Of a DNA stretch of 64,000 bases, positions 29,763 through 37,288 are shown piece by piece (the stretch's first letter is position 1; each line of letters begins with the position of its first letter). Both the position numbers and the translations under genes were made by a program. The DNA is from Deltaproteobacteria bacterium (GTDB taxonomy: Bacteria; Myxococcota_A; Polyangia; Fen-1088): positions 64,001 through 128,000 of the forward strand of contig JANRKS010000040.1 of the NCBI GenBank assembly GCA_033763315.1, in the 5' to 3' direction. A model generated the notes under the pieces. The model was not told the origin of the DNA, did no database searches, and worked only from the letters and a program-made list of their open reading frames with translations.

Positions 29763-30131
29763 CTAGGGCTCTGAACATAGTTTTGATTTCGCGCACTTGT
29801 TGCCGAAGATGTTCAGCAGATCGAGCGCGTTGCCACATTCGGCCAGCGCGATGGAGTCTAAGCAAACGTCCAAGGCTTCACTGTTGATGCGACCATCGCA
29901 TTGCGAGGGTGGCAAAATGTCCTGCCACAACGAGTTCATCTTCACGTCGCACGCGTCGCGGCTCTCGTACGTTTTGCCCGCGCCCACCTCGCCGCAGGCC
30001 GTGAGGCGATCGCAACTGGCGCGCGCCGTTCGTTCACGCGCCGCGGGTTGGCTGCTGTCATTGCCGCAGGCGCCAAGGGCACCAAGCGAATACACAAACA
30101 TCATGATGTGAAGCCAATGAGCCGAATGCAT
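29763..30131 (-). CDS. DUF6184-like Cys-rich myxobacterial lipoprotein
   Basis: Lipobox LGAC; ARASCDR..ACGEVG.GKTY.SRDAC...C...I....LD.CL..I...ECGN pattern. Confidence 0.72.
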   Translation of the reverse strand: MHSAHWLHIMMFVYSLGALGACGNDSSQPAARERTARASCDRLTACGEVGAGKTYESRDACDVKMNSLWQDILPPSQCDGRINSEALDVCLDSIALAECGNALDLLNIFGNKCAKSKLCSEP

Positions 30132-30143
30132 ATGTTCACACTC

Positions 30144-30159
30144 AGCAAAGCTTGGACCA
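30144..30159 (-). promoter_or_regulatory. Putative sigma54 -24/-12 promoter
   Basis: TGGTCC-AAGCT-TTGCT (GG-N10-GC) upstream of the DUF6184-like gene. Confidence 0.55.
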
Positions 30160-30201
30160 CGGCCATGACACAAAGGCTATCTGGGCCCGAGGCAACGCCT
30201 G

Positions 30202-30251
30202 TGTGATCTGGTGGATCGCACGGCGAGGGTCATGAGATCCCACAGATCCCG
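30202..30251. promoter_or_regulatory. Tandem palindromic enhancer-like sites (TGnGATC-N5-GATCnC, two copies)
   Basis: TGTGATC-tggtg-GATCGCA (30202-30220) and TGAGATC-ccaca-GATCCCG (30233-30251), 31 bp apart. Confidence 0.5.
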
Positions 30252-30283
30252 TTTTTCGGTGCAGTCCCGCCCGAGGACACTCT

Positions 30284-31231
30284 TTAGAAAGTCACACCAT
30301 CCACATAAAACGTGACGCGCGTGCCGTCTTCGCGAGTGACAGCCTGCACCCCAAACTGCAATAGATCCTGCGTGTCATAGTTGTTTGGCAAAGTGAGATC
30401 GAAATCGATCCACGTGTTGCGCGCCAGGAGATCAGCCAGCTTGAAGTTGCCTTGCCAAAGCCCGGCCTTCGTGATGGCGAACGGTTGCAGAGCAAACAGG
30501 GCGCTGCTGTCTTTGCCCGCGGGAATAAAGAAGTGAAACCGGATCGTCTGGCCTGGTCTCAAGACAGGCGTTTGATCCTGCAAAACGCCGATGTAGCGCG
30601 CCTTCTCAACGTCTGACTTTTTCGTTGCGAAACTGATCTCGAGCGAAGCGCTGCCACTCCAAGCGCGCTCGGTCGTGCGGGTGACTTGCGCGCCCGCGCC
30701 TTTAATGTCCTGCCAGCCCTGGGTACCGGTTTCAAAATCGAAGGACTTCGCGCGCGGGGCCGACGGGACCTCGATGCCGTTCGTGCCGCCGCCTGAAGGT
30801 GGGTAAGAGCCCCCCATGGCGCTGCCGCCGCTACCGCTCACGCCACCGGTCATGGGCAGTGGCTGTGGCAGGCCGGGAGAACTGCCAGCGACCGCGCCGC
30901 CAACCGAACCACCGCCAGCCAACCCACCAAGCTGAGCCGCGCCCCCGCTGCCAGGCACGCCCGTGGTGCCGCCGTTCCCGCCCGTGGCAAGTGGAGAGCC
31001 ACCGCTGCCACCCAACGATCCTGCGTCAGCTCGGTTCTCGGGTCCGCCCGTGTCACCACCACCACCTTCATCGTCTCCCGATCCAGCGGGCAGCTCTTCG
31101 TCTGTACTCTCTTCGTCCGAAGGCACGCCCGTGAGGTGAATGTCTTCGGTCGACAAAGTGCACGCAGCCACGAAGAGCAGCAGCCCCACCAGGCAGCCAC
31201 CGGTTCCCCGCCCTTGTCCTGACACGATCAT
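30284..31231 (-). CDS. Lipoprotein with Gly-rich linker and C-terminal carbohydrate-binding-like domain
   Basis: Lipobox VAAC; FDFETGTQGW...AWSGSASL...FYVDGVTF jelly-roll pattern. Confidence 0.72.
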   Translation of the reverse strand: MIVSGQGRGTGGCLVGLLLFVAACTLSTEDIHLTGVPSDEESTDEELPAGSGDDEGGGGDTGGPENRADAGSLGGSGGSPLATGGNGGTTGVPGSGGAAQLGGLAGGGSVGGAVAGSSPGLPQPLPMTGGVSGSGGSAMGGSYPPSGGGTNGIEVPSAPRAKSFDFETGTQGWQDIKGAGAQVTRTTERAWSGSASLEISFATKKSDVEKARYIGVLQDQTPVLRPGQTIRFHFFIPAGKDSSALFALQPFAITKAGLWQGNFKLADLLARNTWIDFDLTLPNNYDTQDLLQFGVQAVTREDGTRVTFYVDGVTF

Positions 31232-31410
31232 GAGGGAGATCTGCAGGGTAGAACCAGCTTCCGCAAGATACAGTTAACTCTCTGATGCAAAATCTTACAC
31301 GTCGGTATGATCGTGATTCTCAATTGTTTCATCGAAAGCACAGCGGTTACAGGCGGGGCACCTTCCAACGACTTTCTCGCGTCATCACATAGCCCGCCAG
31401 CCGCAGGCAC

Positions 31411-32298
31411 TTAGCGTTTGAAGGGGGCACCTGGCGCAGCGGCCGGCGTGGCCTTGGGCTTGGCCTTCGCCTTTTTGGGCGCACGTGGCGGCGGCGCCAC
31501 CCGCTTTCGAGGTTTGCGCGCCTTGGTCACTTTATTAAGGGACGCCTTATTGAGGGACGGCTTGGGTTCCACAGCGGACCGGGGCATCACGGGCGCCGTG
31601 ACATTTGCTCGTGGCGGCGGTGGGGTGCCGGCTGCGCCGCGCAACATATAGGGTGCCGCGTATTCCAAGTGGATGTGGTCGCGGTGATCATCATTGTCAT
31701 CCGGCGTGACGATGATTCGCAGGTCCGTTTCCAACTTCAACCGGCAAACGAGCGTGCGCAACGTGCGCCCACGCTCTGTCTTGGGGCTGCCGATGCACGC
31801 TTGCAGCGCGCCTTCGTTCGGCACCAGATGCAACCACGCGCCAACGCCGCGCTCGAAATCCGCGGCAACGTCGTGCTTGCCGGCAACGCCATCAAACACG
31901 TGCACATCTATCGCGCGCCCGAAGGAGTGCGATGACAGTTGCGATGTTCCACGACGCGTGCGGTGATCATAGGCGGCGGAGAACCGCAGCTCGTTGAGCC
32001 CCAGCGCCAAGAACACAGGCGCTGCCTTCTGTAAGGCCAACGCCAAGCTGCAGTCCATCAACGCTGGGTACGGCCCTCGCGGCACCAACAACAGTGGCCC
32101 CAGCTGTCGATCGACTTGCACAGGCAACGCGATGTTTTGGGATGGCGCCGGTGCTCGCAACGCAACGCCTCCCCGCACGAGCTGCAACACGCAGTCATCC
32201 GTCCCGGCATCTACACCTGAAGTCGCAGGCTCGGTTTGCTCAGCACAACTCGCGTGGGCCCAAAGCAACGCCAAGCTTGCGGCAACAAGTCGGGCCAT
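31411..32298 (-). CDS. Extensin-like (peptidase M15/LAS-fold) protein with Lys/Pro-rich tail
   Basis: Signal peptide; LSSHSFGRAIDV, VTPD.N.DHRDHIHLE. Alternative start 32343. Confidence 0.8.
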   Translation of the reverse strand: MARLVAASLALLWAHASCAEQTEPATSGVDAGTDDCVLQLVRGGVALRAPAPSQNIALPVQVDRQLGPLLLVPRGPYPALMDCSLALALQKAAPVFLALGLNELRFSAAYDHRTRRGTSQLSSHSFGRAIDVHVFDGVAGKHDVAADFERGVGAWLHLVPNEGALQACIGSPKTERGRTLRTLVCRLKLETDLRIIVTPDDNDDHRDHIHLEYAAPYMLRGAAGTPPPPRANVTAPVMPRSAVEPKPSLNKASLNKVTKARKPRKRVAPPPRAPKKAKAKPKATPAAAPGAPFKR

Positions 32299-32308
32299 GT
32301 GCCGGCAG

Positions 32309-32908
32309 CTAGAGTGAATCGGGAAGAAAGTTCTGCGGTACATTCACGTCGTCGTACGGCACACTCGCGGCGATGCGGTCTATCACCTTACACACCCCAG
32401 TGGCCGCTGTCCCTACGCGAATGTGCTGTCGGATGATTTCAACGTCGGCCGCCCAGGCTTCACTTGAGATCAAGGCATTCAACCCACGATCGGCAAGGAT
32501 GTGAACGCGCCGTTCAAACGCCGAAAGCAGAACCAACACACCGATGCGACACGGCGTCTCAAACAACGCGTGCTCAGCGAATAGTGTGACCGCGCGCCGG
32601 CGCACAGCTTCGATCTCAATGACGTCTGGAATCACCCACCGCCCCACCACTGGCACGTGCAGCAGCCCCCACCACAATGCGGCCAGTGGCAATTGCAGCA
32701 GCAACAGCCACACCGTCGCGAGCGTGGGCAAAGCACCATGCAACACCAACGCTGAAGCCAACGTGGCCAAGAACATGGGCAAAGCCAGCCAACGTTCGTA
32801 GTCATCGCTGCGTGAAGCCTCACAAAATACGATCTCCACACCGCTGCGTTTCTCCGCGGCGGCAATGGCATCCGTGATCAGTTTGCGCCCCTCTTCGTTC
32901 ACCAACAT
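32309..32908 (-). CDS. TPM-domain membrane protein (LemA-associated)
   Basis: I.DAIAAAEKRSGVEIV, GVLVLLS.FERRV.ILADRG, N.LPD; TGATG overlap with the upstream TPM gene. Confidence 0.88.
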   Translation of the reverse strand: MLVNEEGRKLITDAIAAAEKRSGVEIVFCEASRSDDYERWLALPMFLATLASALVLHGALPTLATVWLLLLQLPLAALWWGLLHVPVVGRWVIPDVIEIEAVRRRAVTLFAEHALFETPCRIGVLVLLSAFERRVHILADRGLNALISSEAWAADVEIIRQHIRVGTAATGVCKVIDRIAASVPYDDVNVPQNFLPDSL

Positions 32909-33669
32909 CACCAATCTCCTGAAGCACCACCACCGCCGAATCCACCGCCGCCGCCTCCAAAGCCCCCGCCAAGACCACCACCAAACGGACCACCGCCCCG
33001 CCCGCCCCGCCCTGAGGACCAACCGCCCATACCCATGCCCATACCGAACGGAAACCACAAGGAGGATCGCCGCCGCCGGCGGCCCGCTGATAAGAACAGC
33101 AATGCCAGCACAGCAAGCAAAGGAAACAACCACGGCCGCGACGCGCGCGCTTGCGTGGTGTGTTTGCGTGCGGCCCCCGTCGATTCATTCTGTGCGGCCG
33201 CCATCAGGGCATCGAACCCGGCCATCAAGCCACCTGCGTAATCACCGCTGCGAAAGTGCGGTTTCATTTGGTTGTCGATCACCTGCCGCGACACCGCGTC
33301 CGTAATCACACCCTCAAGTCCATACCCGACTTCCACACGAACGCGACGTTCCTGCACAGCCAAAAGCACCAGCAAACCATCGTCGCGTTGCTTGTCACCC
33401 AGCTTCCAAGCGTCCGCCACCTGAATGCTGAACTCTTCAAGCGGTGAGCCGTCCAGGCTCTTGACCGTCAGCAAGGCAAATTGATGGCCCGTACGCTGTT
33501 CATACGCGGCTAGGGTGGATTCAAGCTCCTGTTGCTGTTGCGCCGACAGTACGCCCGCTTGATCTTCCACGCGCCGGCTTAAGGTGGGCACCGGCGCCGC
33601 TTGCGCGATGCCCACCCAGGCAATCACCCCAATGATCGAGAGCCACAAGCGCCCCATGGCGGTCTGCAC
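32908..33669 (-). CDS. TPM-domain protein (YgcG-like) with Gly-rich tail
   Basis: V.DQAGVLS, WKLG...DDG.L.L.A..ERR.R.EVGYGLEG.ITD, GGGGGFGGGGASGDW tail. Confidence 0.92.
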   Translation of the reverse strand: MQTAMGRLWLSIIGVIAWVGIAQAAPVPTLSRRVEDQAGVLSAQQQQELESTLAAYEQRTGHQFALLTVKSLDGSPLEEFSIQVADAWKLGDKQRDDGLLVLLAVQERRVRVEVGYGLEGVITDAVSRQVIDNQMKPHFRSGDYAGGLMAGFDALMAAAQNESTGAARKHTTQARASRPWLFPLLAVLALLFLSAGRRRRRSSLWFPFGMGMGMGGWSSGRGGRGGGPFGGGLGGGFGGGGGGFGGGGASGDW

Positions 33670-34260
33670 TTAAAACTTCACTTCAGGGGCGCGCTCGGCA
33701 CCAGGCGTGCTGGCCGTGAAGGTGGCCCGGGCTGATTTACCTCGAATGCGGGCGCCAACGCTGGTGGGCAGCTTCTGCACGTATGCGTTGTAGTCAGCCA
33801 CGTTGGCGATGTAGCGCTGCCGAGCCACAGCGATGCGGTTCTCTGTGCCCTCGAGTTGAGCCATCAGATCGCGGTAGGCAGCGGACACTTTCAGATCAGG
33901 GTAATTCTCAACCGTTGCCAGCAGCCGTGACAAAGCGCCCGAGAGTTTTGCCTGCGCTTCTTCAAAGCGCTTCAGTCGCTCCGGATCGTCAACGATGGAC
34001 GCATCCATTTTGATCGACGTAGCGTTGGCGCGCGCCTCGATCACCCGCGTGAGTGTTTCCTGTTCAAAGTTCGCAGCGCCTTTGACGGTGTTCACCAAAT
34101 TCGGAATCAGATCGGCGCGGCGTTGGTATTGGTTTTCAACCTCCGACCACGAGCCTTTCACCGCCTCATCCTTATCAATCACGCCGTTGTATCCGCAAGC
34201 GCTTGCCGCGCACAGAACAGCCACAGCCATAGCTTTCACAGTTTTCATAATTTGCCCCAC
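33670..34260 (-). CDS. lemA: LemA family lipoprotein
   Basis: CGYN, W.EV.NQYQRR.DLIPNLV.TVKG, ENYPDLK, QLEGTENRI.VAR..Y. Confidence 0.95.
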   Translation of the reverse strand: MGQIMKTVKAMAVAVLCAASACGYNGVIDKDEAVKGSWSEVENQYQRRADLIPNLVNTVKGAANFEQETLTRVIEARANATSIKMDASIVDDPERLKRFEEAQAKLSGALSRLLATVENYPDLKVSAAYRDLMAQLEGTENRIAVARQRYIANVADYNAYVQKLPTSVGARIRGKSARATFTASTPGAERAPEVKF

Positions 34261-34263
34261 GCT

Positions 34264-34533
34264 TTACGGATTCGACGCAGAGCCACGCCGGATCAAGCGC
34301 AGCAACAGCAACAACACCACGGCCCCAACGAACGCCACGATGATGGTTCCCGCTAACCCTCCGACCGGTACGCCAGCGCCGACCGCGCGAAACAAGAAGC
34401 CGCCGATGAAAGCGCCCACGATGCCCACCACGATGTCGCCCACAACGCCAAAACCACCGCCGACAACCGCTGAAGCCAACCAACCCGCGATCAAACCGAC
34501 GGCCAACCAAAGCAAGAATGTTTCGAGTGTCAT
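34264..34533 (-). CDS. GlsB/YeaQ/YmgE (transglycosylase-associated) stress membrane protein
   Basis: GLIAGWLA.....GFG...DIVVGIVGAFIGG.LF, A.VGAV.LL; GAGGA RBS. Confidence 0.92.
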   Translation of the reverse strand: MTLETFLLWLAVGLIAGWLASAVVGGGFGVVGDIVVGIVGAFIGGFLFRAVGAGVPVGGLAGTIIVAFVGAVVLLLLLRLIRRGSASNP

Positions 34534-34556
34534 GTGTTTCCTCGACGGCACCCAAC

Positions 34557-34572
34557 TGCAGACGATGTGCCA
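34557..34572 (-). promoter_or_regulatory. Sigma54 -24/-12 promoter of the yeaQ-lemA-TPM operon
   Basis: TGGCAC-ATCGT-CTGCA, near consensus; predicted +1 falls just upstream of the RBS and ATG 34533. Confidence 0.7.
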
Positions 34573-35265
34573 TATGGTGGGCGCGCGATTCGTGGCGTTT
34601 GCGCACCGTTAGGTTACGAAGTGGTGCGCGGCGCTTGTCCGCGTTACATGACAGTAGCGTCAGTATGGTCTTACAGAAGACCAATGGTTAGTGAACAGCG
34701 TTGACCGCGTGCTTGTGGCGGGCAGCCGCAACGGCTATTCGTGGTCCTATTCGGATCCTGTGAACCAAACGGGCAAGATTCAAGAGATCAGCGCCACCTT
34801 CGATCCAGCAAACTTGTTCGTTTGGACGATCACATCGCCCGCATCGCTGAGCTGCAACGCCGGGTGAACGTCAACACAGGCAGCGGCTCGCTGGTCACAA
34901 AAGCTGTAGCAGCGTGACGCGGCCGAAGGCGACGCTTTCCAACATCACGGATAGCGGCGTGTTCGAGAACGCGGGCAAAGTGCTGCCGCTGTTTGGGGCG
35001 TAAGTGCTGGGAGCGAAGGCCGCGCACGTTTCATCCCCCCCGGGGCGCGAGGCGCCCTCAGTGGATTCGTTTTGGGACACCACCACCACCACCATCGTCG
35101 ACGCCGCTGTGTTAGCCGTGCCCAGGTGCAGACCTCGTAGCGCCAAGCATGGGGCGCACGCCCCAAGGCGCCACCACATTCGGCCTCGCCGGACTCTTTA
35201 GTGGGCGCACACGCCGTAGGTTGGCGGATCCGCACACGCCGTCTACACTGTCGGCCGCCAGCGCC

Positions 35266-36210
35266 ATGTCGTATTGGAATCTGCTTTCGCTCACCCTGCC
35301 TGTCTTCAGCTTGATCGCCATCGGCGTGGGCGTGCGGCGCGTGGGATGGGTCGAAGACGCGGCTGAAGCGAGCCTCATCAGGTTGGTGGTGAACCTTCTG
35401 ATGCCCTGCCTGATCTTCGAGTCCATTGTGGGCAACGCGGCTATGCACACCTTGGGCAACATCCTGCTGCCGCCTTTGGTGGGCTTTTCATTTACGGCCG
35501 TGGGGCTCGGCGTGGCGCTTTATGTGGCCCGACGCTTGCGGTTGGGTGACCGCCCCAGCGAACGCACGTTTGCTCTAACGGCGGGCCTCGCGAACTATGG
35601 TTATCTACCGCTGCCCATCATGGCTGCCATGTTCGGTCCGCAAAGCCAGGGCATTCTGCTGGTGCACAACGTGGGTGTTGAAGGCGCCGTGTGGACCCTG
35701 GGCGTGTTGGTGTTGAGCGGGTTGTCATTGCGGCAAGGCTGGAAGAAGCTGTTGAACCCCGTCGTGTTGACGATGTTCGTCGCCGTGCCTTTGAACCTGT
35801 CAGGCCTGGTCAGCTACGTGCCCACTTTGGCAACCGACATCATTCATGCGCTCGCCCGTTGCATGATTCCCCTGGGTCTGCTGATGACAGGTGTAAACTT
35901 GGCCCAGTACATCCGCGAGCCCAAACTTTTGTTCTCGCCACGCGTGCTTGTGGGCGCTTCGGTGCTCCGACTCGGCGTGCTGCCTTTGCTGATGTTGTGT
36001 GGGGCTCGCTGGTTGCCCTGCCCCATTGAGCTTAAGCGCGTGTTGGTGGTGCAGGCCGCCATGCCCTCGGCCGTGATCCCCATCATCATTGCCCGCCATT
36101 ATGGCGGCGTGCCTTTGACCGCCGTGCAAATCGTGCTCGGCACCACGCTGGTAAGCGTGTTCACGTGCCCCTTGTGGATCAGGGCCGGACTCGTTTGGGT
36201 CGGCATATAG
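35266..36210 (+). CDS. AEC (auxin efflux carrier) family transporter
   Basis: About 10 TM helices; PCLIF, NYGYLPLP, LLNP, IPLGL..TG, QAAMP.A. Confidence 0.9.
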   Translation: MSYWNLLSLTLPVFSLIAIGVGVRRVGWVEDAAEASLIRLVVNLLMPCLIFESIVGNAAMHTLGNILLPPLVGFSFTAVGLGVALYVARRLRLGDRPSERTFALTAGLANYGYLPLPIMAAMFGPQSQGILLVHNVGVEGAVWTLGVLVLSGLSLRQGWKKLLNPVVLTMFVAVPLNLSGLVSYVPTLATDIIHALARCMIPLGLLMTGVNLAQYIREPKLLFSPRVLVGASVLRLGVLPLLMLCGARWLPCPIELKRVLVVQAAMPSAVIPIIIARHYGGVPLTAVQIVLGTTLVSVFTCPLWIRAGLVWVGI

Positions 36211-36216
36211 CGCGCG

Positions 36217-37209
36217 CTACTTCACGAACGCGATGTCATCGACGTGGATCTCGAACGCGGCGTTGGCGGGCGCAACGAATTCGATGCCCGTCGTTTCCTT
36301 GGGCACAAAAGGTCCAAAGACGGGCGGCCGCAACGTGTCCAGATCGTTGAACGCCACATAATAACGCTTCCACTCCGGGCCCAGCTGCAATTGCCTTCCC
36401 CAATAGTCATCACAATTGACGTCCACCGTGCACACGTCTCCCCAGCGCGCGTTGTTCTTGTCTGAGATCTTCAACCGCACAACCGTCGCCGCAGCTGCGC
36501 GCGCGTAAAATGCGATGCCTTTATAGCGGGTGGCATCATAGAACTGGCGAGGCGACAGCGGGCCTTTGAAATCAAGCGCAACCACCGCGCCCCAAAAAGT
36601 AAAGCCGCTGCCGCTATACACGCTTGATTTTGTGCTGGTGCAACGTGCTTCCAAAGCCGTGGTGACGCTGATGTTGCCCGCTGTGCCGTCTGTGAAGATC
36701 TGAGCAGGTGCCGCGGGTGTGCGGTCGCCCACCGCCACTGTTTCCACCGCCGTGCTCTCGAACGTGGCCAAAACGTCTTCTGCGGGCGGCCCGGCGGCAT
36801 TGCAGTTCATAGGCTCGCCCACAAGTGCAGCCTTGGTGGGTGAAGCCGCGTCCAACTTCGGCGCGGCATCCAACTTGGCAGGGGCATCCATCCTGGGCGC
36901 GGCGTCCAACTTTGCCGCCGTGTCGAGCGATGTCGCATCTTGAGACTGCAACCCAGCGTCAAAACCAGCATCGACATTCTCATTGTTGTTCTCATTGTTA
37001 GGTGGCAACGCTCCTGCCTGCCCACCGCCGCCCGTTGCCTTGCTGCCTGCGGCGCCGCCACGACCACCGCCCCCACCGCTGCCGACAGTGCCGTCCGCAC
37101 CGATCGCCACGTTCTCTTCACGCGTCTGGGGCGCACAGCCAGCATCAAGCAAAGCAATCACGGCGAAACAAACCAACCAAACTTTGTACGTTACGGAAGC
37201 GCGGTTCAC
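36217..37209 (-). CDS. Lipoprotein with CBM11/CIA30-like carbohydrate-binding domain
   Basis: Lipobox DAGC; GSGFT.WGA, YDATRYKGIAFYAR, W.RY.V.F.DL, FEIHVDDIAF. Start uncertain. Confidence 0.72.
   Translation of the reverse strand: MNRASVTYKVWLVCFAVIALLDAGCAPQTREENVAIGADGTVGSGGGGGRGGAAGSKATGGGGQAGALPPNNENNNENVDAGFDAGLQSQDATSLDTAAKLDAAPRMDAPAKLDAAPKLDAASPTKAALVGEPMNCNAAGPPAEDVLATFESTAVETVAVGDRTPAAPAQIFTDGTAGNISVTTALEARCTSTKSSVYSGSGFTFWGAVVALDFKGPLSPRQFYDATRYKGIAFYARAAAATVVRLKISDKNNARWGDVCTVDVNCDDYWGRQLQLGPEWKRYYVAFNDLDTLRPPVFGPFVPKETTGIEFVAPANAAFEIHVDDIAFVK
36845..36916 (-). repeat. 18-bp coding tandem repeat (KLDAAP-like, about 4 copies)
   Basis: AKLDAAPRMDAPAKLDAAPKLDAAS; tccaactt recurs on an 18-nt period. 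Confidence 0.75.
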
Positions 37210-37288
37210 GCGCTTGACGCTAGCAAGGCCACGGGCACCGGCCCCAACTCTTACATAGACAGGCCGTGAAAGCGCTTGCGCGGCCGAC

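Noticed and set aside
31240-31262. Extra sigma54-like sites (TGGTTCTACCCTGCA here; TGGTTCTCGCTTGC near 63698)
   Set aside because: GG-GC spacing is 9 nt instead of the required 10.
35078-35094. (CAC)5 tract as a phase-variation site
   Set aside because: It is short, intergenic and not tied to an evident promoter or reading frame.
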